Assembly (NCBI RefSeq): GCF_000025945.1
Contig: NC_006138.1
Location: forward strand, 2,250,001 to 2,282,000
Source: Desulfotalea psychrophila LSv54
GTDB taxonomy: Bacteria > Desulfobacterota > Desulfobulbia > Desulfobulbales > Desulfocapsaceae
Direction: 5' to 3'
DNA length: 32,000 nucleotides
Shown here: positions 1-8,857 of the stretch, piece after piece
Numbering within the stretch: the stretch's first letter is position 1
Layout: each line of letters opens with the position of its first letter
Notes under the pieces: generated by a model
Told to the model about the DNA's origin: nothing
The model's input: only the letters and a program-made list of their open reading frames with translations
Databases searched by the model: none
Program-made: the position numbers and the translations under genes

Positions 1-350
1 AAAAGGTTGCCACCAAGACTGGTACAACCAGTGTTGACTTCTTGAAAAAGCACTCTGCCAAGACCAAACTTGTCCTTTTCCCCAACGATAATGCGATGTT
101 TATGGAACTTATGACCGGTGGAGTGGATGCCGTTATGTTTGATAGACCTGTTATTGAATCTTTTGCCAGTAAGCGTGGTCAGGGTCAGGTTACTATTGTA
201 GATACCCTCTATGCCGGTCAGCCCTATGGCATTGGCTTTCCCAAAGGATCTCAATTGGTAGAGAAGGTAAATATAGCTCTCAGAACCCTCAAAGATAGTG
301 GTGAGTATACCAAGATCTATCAGAAGTGGTTTGGTGTAGCTCCCCGCTAA
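1..350 (+). CDS. Polar amino-acid ABC transporter periplasmic substrate-binding protein, C-terminal part (5' end lies upstream of the window)
   Basis: The frame is open from base 3 (KVATKTGTTSVDFLKKH...) to the stop at 348-350. The sequence GGVDAVMFDRPV...GQPYGIGFPKGS...LKDSGEYTKIYQKWFG is typical of GlnH/HisJ-type binding proteins. Cognate permease and ATPase genes follow directly. Confidence 0.8.
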   Translation, partial: KVATKTGTTSVDFLKKHSAKTKLVLFPNDNAMFMELMTGGVDAVMFDRPVIESFASKRGQGQVTIVDTLYAGQPYGIGFPKGSQLVEKVNIALRTLKDSGEYTKIYQKWFGVAPR

Positions 351-433
351 ACATTTTTTAAACCGACAAGACAAGGGACAGGGTGTGAAAAGCATTATGC
401 CCCTTTTTTTTATCTTTTTACAAATGGTTAATT

Positions 434-1102
434 ATGGCCTTTAATTTTGAACCAGCAGTAATTGTCGAATCGATCCCGCTACTACTAGGGGGTGCCAAGC
501 TTACCGTTTATCTCACGGTAGGTGGACTTGTTTTTGGTTTTGTCCTGGGTGTTGTTTTTGGCCTTATGAAGCTCTCCACCTTATGGCCTGTGCGTAAGAT
601 TGCAGGTTTTTATATTGAGACAATACGGGGCACGCCCATGTTGGTGCAGGCCATGTTTTTATACTTTGGTCTGCCCATGGCCTTTGGCTTCCGCCTACCG
701 GCTTTGGCGGCAGGAGTTATTGTTATTGCTATTAATTCCGGCGCCTATATTGCCGAAATAGTCCGCGGAGCAGTACAATCCATAGATTCAGGACAGATGG
801 AGGCGGGACGCTCTATTGGCCTGACCTCCTTGCAGGCCATGCGCTATGTTATTTGGCCGCAGGCCTTTAGAAGGATGATTCCGCCTCTGGGAAATCAGTT
901 TATAATCAGTCTTAAAGATACCTCTCTATTGATGATTATCGGAGTCGGAGAGCTCTTGCGCACGGCAGATGAAATTGTGGCGGTAAATTTCAGAGCCTTT
1001 GAGGTCTATCTCGCCTGCGGACTCATCTACCTGGCCATGACCATGAGCATTGCCAGGGTATTAAAAATTGTTGAAAAACGTCTACAGATACAGGGAAGAT
1101 AA
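434..1102 (+). CDS. Amino-acid ABC transporter permease (His/Glu/Gln/Arg/opine family)
   Basis: 222 aa with multiple hydrophobic helices. It carries an EAA-loop-like motif, EAGRSIGLTSLQAMRYVIWPQAFRRMIPPLGNQF. The next gene, an ABC ATPase, starts 4 nt after its stop. Confidence 0.9.
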   Translation: MAFNFEPAVIVESIPLLLGGAKLTVYLTVGGLVFGFVLGVVFGLMKLSTLWPVRKIAGFYIETIRGTPMLVQAMFLYFGLPMAFGFRLPALAAGVIVIAINSGAYIAEIVRGAVQSIDSGQMEAGRSIGLTSLQAMRYVIWPQAFRRMIPPLGNQFIISLKDTSLLMIIGVGELLRTADEIVAVNFRAFEVYLACGLIYLAMTMSIARVLKIVEKRLQIQGR

Positions 1103-1105
1103 GAT

Positions 1106-1837
1106 ATGATTAGTATTCGTAATCTCCATAAATCCTTTGGTGATACAGAGGTCCTAAAAGGTGTTAACATTGAGGTCGCGAAGGGGGAGGTAGTTGTTAT
1201 CATTGGTCCATCCGGCTCCGGGAAATCGACCGTTCTACGCTGTATAAATAAACTTGAAGAGCCCACTAGCGGCACCATTATCGTTGATAACTACGATATC
1301 ATGGATAAATCCACCGATATCAACATGGTTCGCACCGAAGCCACCATGGTATTTCAGCACTTTAATCTCTTCCCCCATATGACGGTATTGGACAATATCA
1401 CCCTTGGTCCCATAAAGGTGCGCGGCACCAGCAAAAAGGAGGCCAATGATCTTGGCCGTAATCTTCTGAAAAAGGTGAACCTTGCCGAGAAGGATAGTGA
1501 TTTTCCCAATCAGCTTTCTGGTGGACAAAAACAGCGGGTTGCCATTGCTAGAGCCCTGGCCCTGCAGCCCAAGGCCATTCTCTTTGACGAGCCCACCTCG
1601 GCTCTTGATCCGGAACTTGTTGGTGAGGTACTTGAGGTAATGAAGACGCTTGCCGCCGAGGGAATGACCATGGTTGTGGTTACCCACGAGATGGGTTTTG
1701 CCCAGGAGGTTGCCGATCGAGTACTCTTTATTGATGAGGGTGTGGTTCAGGTGGATAAACCACCCAAGGAATTTTTTTCTAATCCAGAGCATCCACGTCT
1801 TAAAGATTTTTTGGGCAAAGTTATTACCCACGGCTAG
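1106..1837 (+). CDS. Amino-acid ABC transporter ATP-binding protein (GlnQ-like)
   Basis: Walker A GPSGSGKST, ABC signature LSGGQKQRVAIARAL, Walker B ILFDEPTSALD, H-loop VVVTHEMGFA. The 243-aa length is typical. Confidence 0.95.
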   Translation: MISIRNLHKSFGDTEVLKGVNIEVAKGEVVVIIGPSGSGKSTVLRCINKLEEPTSGTIIVDNYDIMDKSTDINMVRTEATMVFQHFNLFPHMTVLDNITLGPIKVRGTSKKEANDLGRNLLKKVNLAEKDSDFPNQLSGGQKQRVAIARALALQPKAILFDEPTSALDPELVGEVLEVMKTLAAEGMTMVVVTHEMGFAQEVADRVLFIDEGVVQVDKPPKEFFSNPEHPRLKDFLGKVITHG

Positions 1838-1849
1838 ACAGCTGTTGAG

Positions 1850-1876
1850 CAAGAAGAGGTGTATCTCCTCTTCTTG
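1850..1876. terminator. Perfect 10-bp hairpin between convergent genes (possible bidirectional terminator)
   Basis: CAAGAAGAGG (1850-1859), loop tgtatct, CCTCTTCTTG (1867-1876). It lies between the ABC ATPase stop (1837) and the cytochrome gene stop (1926). There is no clear U-tract on either strand. Confidence 0.4.
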
Positions 1877-1925
1877 TCTGCCTCTCCTCCCCGCCTCGTT
1901 AAGATTCATCCGGCAATGAGCAAGC

Positions 1926-3581
1926 CTATAAAAGATCAAAAACACTGGTAATGATGAGCACCAGTAGGCTGAGGCCAATAAAAACAAAAGAGAGGCCCAT
2001 GATGCGAAGGAGAACCACCTGCCAGTGGGCGAGTGGTTCTGCCCGTAGAAGGTCAAGTTGACCCGATTGTAACAGACGTTCATATTCAAGCGGTCTCTCT
2101 TCCTGCAACTGTTCAACTGTTATGCGGCCCGTGAAAATAGCATCGTCGATAGGAAAGGTTCCTGGTCGCAGATGAGTATTAAAAAAGTGGACAATAAAAA
2201 TAAAAGCCGTGGCCAGCAGAGCCTCTTCTGAATGAAAGATATGGGCAAAATTAATCACCCAGCCAGGAAAGAAGACCGTCACCTGCATGGGAAGAAGCAG
2301 GACAAGGCCTGATATACCAATGACAAACATACCCCAAAAGACGGCAAAATAATCAAACCTTTCCCAGTATGTCCAACGGTCAAATTTGGGAGGTTCTGAT
2401 CTTAGAAAAAGAAAATATGCAATATGGCGGAAGAAATCTGCCACATCCTTTGGTTGGAGCATTAAACTGTCTACCCCCCACAGCATCCCCCGCTCACCTC
2501 GAATAATTAGTCGGTAAATAAGCAGATATAGGACATAAAAGATAAAGAGTACCAGCAAGACGACTCCCGCAATACGGTGTATCTGGGCCGCGACATCAAA
2601 TCCTATGAGATTCTTATAAATCCACTCTGAAAATGGCGAATTACTAAATTTAAGTGGTAAGCCCGTGGCAGCAAGTGTCAGAAAAGAGAGCACCATAATT
2701 AGATGCATCATCCTCTCTTGGAGGCGAAAACGTATGATAACATTTTCACTTTGGTAGGCGGCTGACGTTGCCTTACACCCCGTTGTTACCATGGTACGCA
2801 TAAACCACAAGAGGGTATGCAGACCAAAGACAATCATTGTGCCCCGGAAAAGCAGTTCCATAAAATGAGTCAGCTTATCGAGAACAGCAGATTCGTTATT
2901 ATCCAGAGAGTAATGATTGAGATAACCGGAAAAGTTTGTGTTTACGTCTGTATGACACTGGGAGCAGGTTTCAACAAGATTGTTTTGGTAAATGGTTGCA
3001 TCGGGATTATCACGGCCAAGGATCGCATGACTTCCATGACAGGATATACAGGTCGCAAACTCTTCACCATCGTGGCCAAGATTATACATCTGTCCATGAT
3101 AGGAGTGTTCAAAACCTTTCACTAGGGCTGGTTTTAATCCTGCCCGGATATTTTTATCTGGATCATTATGACATTGCCGACAGGCTTTTATGCCATTTTG
3201 ACCGTGAAAGGCCTCCTGTGGATCGAGTACCTGATGCTGACTATGGCAGCTGGTACAATCTGGAGCTTCCACATTTCCCGCTCGAAGGGCAAGGTAATGA
3301 CTCGAATTTTGATACTGCGCTAACGCTTCTTTGTGACACTCTCCACAGGATATGCGGCTATCAAATTTTTGATGGGGATAATCTTCATGCCCCTTATAGT
3401 GGCAATCAACGCAAGCAAATTTTGCATGCACACTCTCCATCAGGGTTGTGGGCGATACAGCAATATTCCGACAGCGATGCACAAAAGCACTCTCCTGATG
3501 ACAGGTCAAACAGGTCTCATCTGCCATTGTGGGCAAAACGGTCACAAAAAAAACAAATAGTATCAGCAAGACACGTTTCAT
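1926..3581 (-). CDS. Fusion of a periplasmic 7-haem c-type cytochrome domain with a membrane cytochrome-b (FdnI/HydC/NarI-like) domain; CbcL-like quinol oxidoreductase candidate
   Basis: The start was moved to the ATG at 3581 (MKRVLLILFVFFVTVLPTMA signal peptide), preceded by GGGGA 10 nt upstream. There are seven CxxCH motifs: CLTCH, CVDCH, CGECH, CTSCH, CRQCH, CISCH, CSQCH. At least 5 hydrophobic helices follow, with conserved His residues (HLIMV, IHRIAG, HIFHSEE, IVHFFNTHL). Confidence 0.8.
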   Translation of the reverse strand: MKRVLLILFVFFVTVLPTMADETCLTCHQESAFVHRCRNIAVSPTTLMESVHAKFACVDCHYKGHEDYPHQKFDSRISCGECHKEALAQYQNSSHYLALRAGNVEAPDCTSCHSQHQVLDPQEAFHGQNGIKACRQCHNDPDKNIRAGLKPALVKGFEHSYHGQMYNLGHDGEEFATCISCHGSHAILGRDNPDATIYQNNLVETCSQCHTDVNTNFSGYLNHYSLDNNESAVLDKLTHFMELLFRGTMIVFGLHTLLWFMRTMVTTGCKATSAAYQSENVIIRFRLQERMMHLIMVLSFLTLAATGLPLKFSNSPFSEWIYKNLIGFDVAAQIHRIAGVVLLVLFIFYVLYLLIYRLIIRGERGMLWGVDSLMLQPKDVADFFRHIAYFLFLRSEPPKFDRWTYWERFDYFAVFWGMFVIGISGLVLLLPMQVTVFFPGWVINFAHIFHSEEALLATAFIFIVHFFNTHLRPGTFPIDDAIFTGRITVEQLQEERPLEYERLLQSGQLDLLRAEPLAHWQVVLLRIMGLSFVFIGLSLLVLIITSVFDLL

Positions 3582-3591
3582 GGTAATCCCC

Positions 3592-5049
3592 CTATCGCTC
3601 TGTGATATCTTCACTATAACGTGTAACACCAGTCTTTACAGGATCGCCAGGATAGCCAAGTTTTTGCCAATCAAGCAGGGGCTTTTGCTCTGGATCTTTT
3701 GTGTGACATTCTATACAGCCTACAGCCTGACTTGCCGGAGAAACCATATGATCAATGGGCCAAAACATCCTGGTCTCAATGACGCCTGCCTCACCTGAAA
3801 AGGAGAGACCGGCGGCCTCCATACCCAGAGAGAAGCTCTTTTGCCAATTGAGGCTTTTCCAATAACCGTTCTTGCCAAACAGTTTGGGCACCAGGACAAT
3901 GTTCTGCTTTTTGTCATAAAACTGTTTGCCTCGCATCACTTTAAATGGTGAAATCAGGGCTGTCTTATCTGCAAAACTTCCCTCAAGGGGGTTGAAGACC
4001 AAAATCTTGGTGGTATCTATTTTTTCACCGAGTAAAACATAGTCAGTCTTGCCATTATACCAATAATATTCAGGACGTAATGCCTTGTCCCAACGAAAGT
4101 CACCCTTTTTCCAGCTATAATCTGGATTCTCGTAAGCATCTTTTTTAACTGTTCGTTTTTTGTCTCCTGCCGTTGACCAATCCCACCAAATTTTGGTGGG
4201 GTATTTTTTAGCGTAATAGGGGATATGGCAGGTCTGGCAGGCGACTGTGCTGGTATGCCTATTCAGGGTAGACTTCATACGTTTACTGTGTGCAGCTCTG
4301 CCGTGACAGTCTCGACAGGAGAAATGATTACTGCCTGTTGCCATAGATGCCTGAAGAGCCCCACGAATATCATGCTTATTGGGATCTGCGTGACAATCAA
4401 CACAGACGAGGCGTTTTTCCAGGTCAGGATTATTCATATGAATGTCAATAGCAGGATCGCCCTCAAGGACACTCCTGTCAAGGTCACCAGGTTTTACAGC
4501 ATGGCCGCCACCGCCATAAAAATGACAGGCTCCACAGTTTTGTGAAAGAGGTTTTGTGGCGCTCCGGGCTGATTTAAGTAGGACAACCTTCTTAAAAACT
4601 ACCTTGCCAGCAAAAACTTTCTGCTCTTTCTGGTAAACAGGGTAGCCCGCAGCTGTAGGGAATTTTTTATAGTTCCCCGTGCTGTCATGGCAGGCCAGGC
4701 AATCCATGTCCTCTTCTTTAAAGGCAAAGGAACCATCACTCCAACCATAACCTACGTGGCAACTTGTACAGCGAGGCTCATTAGAGATAATGTTGATACA
4801 AAAATTATTAAGTAGATTTTTCTTACCTAGTCTCTGTTTTTTCCCATGGAATTCTACCTCTTCGCCCTGCCACCTATAATGGCGAGAATGCCAGAGATCT
4901 GTTGCCTGTGTTTGATGACAGCCTATGCATACGCGGGTAACATCCTGAGGAGAGGCAAATGGGTCCATAATAGACTGATGTTCAGGGATTGCAGCCCAGC
5001 TTGGACAGGCAAGAAAGAGGAGAGAAAAACAAAATATAAATTTCTTCAT
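3592..5049 (-). CDS. Octahaem c-type cytochrome (octahaem tetrathionate reductase/OTR-like family candidate)
   Basis: The start was moved to the ATG at 5049 (MKKFIFCFSLLFLACPSWA signal peptide). There are eight CxxCH motifs: CIGCH, CTSCH, CLACH, CGACH, CVDCH, CRDCH, CQTCH, CIECH. Its stop lies 10 nt upstream of the next cytochrome gene, which indicates an operon. Confidence 0.8.
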   Translation of the reverse strand: MKKFIFCFSLLFLACPSWAAIPEHQSIMDPFASPQDVTRVCIGCHQTQATDLWHSRHYRWQGEEVEFHGKKQRLGKKNLLNNFCINIISNEPRCTSCHVGYGWSDGSFAFKEEDMDCLACHDSTGNYKKFPTAAGYPVYQKEQKVFAGKVVFKKVVLLKSARSATKPLSQNCGACHFYGGGGHAVKPGDLDRSVLEGDPAIDIHMNNPDLEKRLVCVDCHADPNKHDIRGALQASMATGSNHFSCRDCHGRAAHSKRMKSTLNRHTSTVACQTCHIPYYAKKYPTKIWWDWSTAGDKKRTVKKDAYENPDYSWKKGDFRWDKALRPEYYWYNGKTDYVLLGEKIDTTKILVFNPLEGSFADKTALISPFKVMRGKQFYDKKQNIVLVPKLFGKNGYWKSLNWQKSFSLGMEAAGLSFSGEAGVIETRMFWPIDHMVSPASQAVGCIECHTKDPEQKPLLDWQKLGYPGDPVKTGVTRYSEDITER

Positions 5050-5441
5050 GTGATAGTTCTCAACGGCGAAATTTAATGAGAGTGGAAGAGGCAATAAGGA
5101 GAACGAATCTCATCTGCCATGATTTTAACGTCATAAAACACCTGAGATAAGCCTAGCATATCAAAAAGAGTTCTGTCTACTTTCTGTCAATATTATCCTC
5201 TGCTTAGGCTTCTGATACCCCCTTAAATGTGAATCTCTCCTAAGCACCGGCCCCAATGCCTCCTGCTCATCCAGAGGTGGCCGGAGAGAGGACAAAGACC
5301 TTGCTCTTGTTGTCAATTCGGATAAAATTTTCGAGAAGTTGCCTGAGCAATATGGTATTGACACTTTAAGGTCTCATTTTAAAGAAGAGGCCAGCCTTTT
5401 CCCATAAAGAGATTGATTTTTAAAACGGAGCACCGCCCTGC

Positions 5442-7904
5442 ATGAGCAAGAAAAACCCCCAACTAGAACTTGCCAATGAGTTTGTTGAATATACAGATTG
5501 TACCATCTTCCTTACTGGTCGAGCAGGCACTGGAAAGACTACCTTCTTAAAAAATTTGGCAAAAACATCCGCAAAACGGCTCATTATTGTCGCTCCCACC
5601 GGGGTTGCGGCAATCAACGCCGGCGGGGTAACCATGCACTCCTTCTTCCAACTCTCCTTTGCCCCCTTTGTTCCGGGCGGCTCTGCTCAGAGTCAGAATA
5701 TGAAATATCGTTTCAGTAAAGAAAAGATCAATATTATCAAAAGCCTTGACCTACTTATCATCGATGAGATCAGTATGGTTCGGGCCGACGTGCTCGACGC
5801 CATTGACGCGGTTCTGAGAAGATACAGGCAAAGCGAGGCCCCCTTTGGTGGTGTCCAACTGCTTATGATAGGTGATCTGCAACAGCTCTCCCCTGTTATC
5901 ACCAAGAATGATCAGAGCATCTTGGGAGAGCATTATAAAACGCCCTATTTCTTTGGCAGCTACGCCCTGCAGAAAACCAAACTTGCCTACATAGAGTTGC
6001 AACAGATCTATCGTCAGTCAGATATCTCCTTTATCAATCTGCTTAATAAGATACGTGAAAACTCAATTACAGAGGCCGAGCTGGCCGAACTCAATAAACG
6101 CTATAATCCTGAAATACTGGAAGAAGGCCATGAGGACTATATCACCCTCTGTACCCATAATTATCGAGCCGATGCAATAAACAGTAATAAACTTGTGGGA
6201 CTCTCGGCTAAGACATACTCATTTGCAGCAGAGATAAAAGATGATTTCCCGGAACAGGCCTACCCTGCCTCTCTCTCTCTGGAGCTTAAACCCGGTGCTC
6301 AGGTAATGTTTCTTCGTAATGACATCTCTGTTGACAGGCTCTTCTTTAACGGGAAGATAGGTAGGGTTATCGATATTGATGAGGACGGTATTAATGTCCT
6401 CTGCCCGGGAGAGAGGACACCCGTCACCGTTAAACCTGTCGTTTGGGAACATATGGAGTATAAATTGGATGCTGAAAGTGGGGAGATCGAGGAAAAAAAA
6501 CTCGGTACCTTCTCTCAATATCCACTCAAACTTGCCTGGGCAATTACCATCCATAAGAGTCAAGGACTCTCCTTTGATCGAGTCATCGTTGATGGAGAGG
6601 CTGCCTTTGCCCCCGGACAGATCTATGTGGCCCTTAGTCGATGTCGTAGCCTGGAGGGACTTGTCCTCTGCTCTACCCTGCGCAGATCAGCCATGCAAAC
6701 CGATAGAACCGTGTTACAATTTATTGAGCAGAGCGAAAAATCATTTGACCCTCTTATAAGGCTCAAACAGGAAAAAATCCTCTATCAACAAAAATTGATC
6801 CTCGTCTGCTATCACTTTGAACAGCTGGCCGGAAAATTAAGAAGAGTTACCTTTCTTCTCACCAGTAATCGCTATATCGTCCAGATTTCAGGAATGAAAG
6901 ATGTGGAAGCCTTTGAGACAGGGGTGACGGATGAAATATGCGCTGTTGGTGGCAACTTTCAACGGCAGTTAATAGATATATTTAAAGAGGATATCCTGCC
7001 CACAGACAATGATCATATCATGGAGAGATGCTGTAAGGCTGCAGGCTATTTTTGTAAGAAAATAGATGAGCTGTTGATCAAGCCGCTTGAACTACTACGG
7101 ATAGAAAGCGATAACAGTGAGATAAACAAAAAAATTGCAATTGCGCAGACAGCTCTGCTCACCGAGGCCCTGGTTAAAAAAGCGGGTATTGCCTCAGGGA
7201 AAACAGGCTTTTCTCCTCGAGCATACCTTCGCGCCATCTCCCAAGTAGAAATTGAACAGAAGGGAAGAGGTAAAAAAAGAGAGGCGAAGATACCGGCATA
7301 CTCCGAGGAGGATATTGCCCATCCAAAACTCTTTGCCAGCCTACGAAAATGGCGGACAGTCAAGGCCAAAGAGGAAAAAATACCGGCATTCCAGGTGCTG
7401 CATCAGAGTGCAATGGTACAGATAACGGTGTCACTGCCAAAGAGTGATAAGGAGCTTCTCAAACTCAAGGGCGTCGGTCCTCGCACGGTAGAAAAGTATG
7501 GTGAAGAACTTTTAAGCCTTGTCCGGGAATACTGCGGCATAAATGATATACAGCAGATGTCATTGCCTGAGCCCAAACGGGAGGTTGCGAGTAAGGTAAA
7601 GGCCAGTCGGGGCAATACCAAGGAGATAAGCCTTAACCTCTTCAACGAGGGGAAAGCTATTGTGGAAATTGCCCAACTCAGGGATCTCTCAGCGGCCACC
7701 ATCGAGACCCATCTTGCCTTTTGGGTTAAAGAGGGAAAGATGAGTATCGCCAGACTTGTCAGTAAAGAGAGGCAGCAAGAGATAGAGGTTGTCCTTCTTA
7801 AATCGGCCGATTTGCAACTGGGAGAGATTAAGGAGCAGCTTGGTAAGGCCTGTAGTTATGGAGACATAAAATTCACCCAGGCCCATTTGCAAAGAGAGAA
7901 ATAA
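5442..7904 (+). CDS. Pif1/RecD-family (SF1) DNA helicase with C-terminal HRDC-like and helix-turn-helix domains
   Basis: Walker A GRAGTGKTT, Walker B LLIIDEISMV, SF1 motif ITIHKSQGLSFD, YVALSRCRSLEGL. The C-terminal segment PKLFASLRKWRTVKAKEEKIPAFQVLHQSAM is HRDC-like. The terminal IAQLRDLSAATIETHLAFWVKEG is HTH-like. GGAG lies upstream of the ATG. Confidence 0.85.
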   Translation: MSKKNPQLELANEFVEYTDCTIFLTGRAGTGKTTFLKNLAKTSAKRLIIVAPTGVAAINAGGVTMHSFFQLSFAPFVPGGSAQSQNMKYRFSKEKINIIKSLDLLIIDEISMVRADVLDAIDAVLRRYRQSEAPFGGVQLLMIGDLQQLSPVITKNDQSILGEHYKTPYFFGSYALQKTKLAYIELQQIYRQSDISFINLLNKIRENSITEAELAELNKRYNPEILEEGHEDYITLCTHNYRADAINSNKLVGLSAKTYSFAAEIKDDFPEQAYPASLSLELKPGAQVMFLRNDISVDRLFFNGKIGRVIDIDEDGINVLCPGERTPVTVKPVVWEHMEYKLDAESGEIEEKKLGTFSQYPLKLAWAITIHKSQGLSFDRVIVDGEAAFAPGQIYVALSRCRSLEGLVLCSTLRRSAMQTDRTVLQFIEQSEKSFDPLIRLKQEKILYQQKLILVCYHFEQLAGKLRRVTFLLTSNRYIVQISGMKDVEAFETGVTDEICAVGGNFQRQLIDIFKEDILPTDNDHIMERCCKAAGYFCKKIDELLIKPLELLRIESDNSEINKKIAIAQTALLTEALVKKAGIASGKTGFSPRAYLRAISQVEIEQKGRGKKREAKIPAYSEEDIAHPKLFASLRKWRTVKAKEEKIPAFQVLHQSAMVQITVSLPKSDKELLKLKGVGPRTVEKYGEELLSLVREYCGINDIQQMSLPEPKREVASKVKASRGNTKEISLNLFNEGKAIVEIAQLRDLSAATIETHLAFWVKEGKMSIARLVSKERQQEIEVVLLKSADLQLGEIKEQLGKACSYGDIKFTQAHLQREK

Positions 7905-8155
7905 AAGAAGGTGTCCCCAGTCCCCTTCCCTTTTGCTGAGTTTTCCTTGAAAAAAACGTAAAAAAAAGATGTTAGCAGAGTTAAATTCTAATTGTGTCAA
8001 TGATATTTAAAAGTGTTATGCTTTTAAACTAATAATAAGTCAGGATTTACCCCTTCGGTATGCTTATTTCTTTCAGAGATTTTTTATCTGAAGAAGAGAA
8101 GGCTTCATAGACCTGGCATCAGCGTTTGAGTTATTTATCGACAGGTGAGCAAACA

Positions 8156-8812
8156 ATGTATGAAAAAGAACTTTTTAAAAAAGAGATCTTAAATTTTCTC
8201 AAAGAAAACAGTACAGCCTATCTAAAAAATCAACTTCAACTGAAAGAGCGGGTTTTTTTAACCTCCACGATCGGGGTAACAGAGGGTGGATCTTCTGAAC
8301 CAGATGGGTATGCGGTGAATGAAGATATTTTTCAGAAAAAAACAGCTATCCTTGCCGACAAGATATTCTTCTATGAAGATTTATTTAAGGATTTTATTAC
8401 GGCATATCGGTTATTTCAAGATCTTCCCCAAGAGGTACGCATATCTCTCCAGCCTCTTTTGAACGATAGCTCCCTCAACACATTTATTATGAGCAGTGCC
8501 CAGATGCCGACCATCGAAAACATCTGGAATTATATTAAGTATGAGATAATTGAAGAACAGCATAGAGAGGAGAAAAATTTGCATCTTGAACAGATAAAAA
8601 ATATTTTTGATCTGTTATTTTCTCAATATGTTTGTTATGACTCAAATTATTCTCGCCTTACCACTAAAAAGGGTGAAGTGTTTGACCCGGATATTCATAT
8701 ACGAGTCTTATCTGGGCGGGTGAGTGGCAGGGTTGACCGGGTTTTGTTTCAAGGTTATGAAAACAAAAAAACCGGTCTTATCATAAAAAAAAGCATTGTT
8801 GAGAATATTTAA
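8156..8812 (+). CDS. GrpE-like nucleotide-exchange-factor homologue (divergent)
   Basis: The ORF is open from TTG 8126. ATG 8156 (MYEKELF) is the more likely start. The C-terminus GEVFDPDIHIRV...VDRVLFQGYENKKTGLIIKKSIV matches the GrpE beta-domain pattern (E. coli: LDPNVHQAI...[20 protein letters not shown]). The N-terminal two thirds look helical and charged. An Hsp70-fold gene starts 45 nt downstream. Confidence 0.6.
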   Translation: MYEKELFKKEILNFLKENSTAYLKNQLQLKERVFLTSTIGVTEGGSSEPDGYAVNEDIFQKKTAILADKIFFYEDLFKDFITAYRLFQDLPQEVRISLQPLLNDSSLNTFIMSSAQMPTIENIWNYIKYEIIEEQHREEKNLHLEQIKNIFDLLFSQYVCYDSNYSRLTTKKGEVFDPDIHIRVLSGRVSGRVDRVLFQGYENKKTGLIIKKSIVENI

Positions 8813-8857
8813 TATTTTTGCCTTGGAACTCCGGACAAGAAAACACCTACGAATAAA

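Noticed and set aside
351-433. Possible hairpin plus T8 tract (GGGACAGGG...TGCCCCTTTTTTTT) between the binding-protein and permease genes, as an intra-operon attenuator
   Set aside because: The stem is short and imperfect by hand folding, so it is not supportable without an energy calculation.
1235-2116. 293-aa minus-strand ORF overlapping the ABC ATPase gene
   Set aside because: It is antisense to a gene with perfect Walker A/B and signature motifs. The translation is low-complexity, so it is a spurious shadow ORF.
2936-3586. 216-aa plus-strand ORF inside the cytochrome fusion gene
   Set aside because: It is antisense to a frame containing seven CxxCH motifs and a signal peptide.
5050-5441. 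67-aa minus-strand ORF (5161-5364) and a consensus TTGACA hexamer in the cytochrome/helicase intergenic region
   Set aside because: The ORF has no RBS or motif. The TTGACA has no -10 element at 16-19 nt spacing, so I did not call a promoter.
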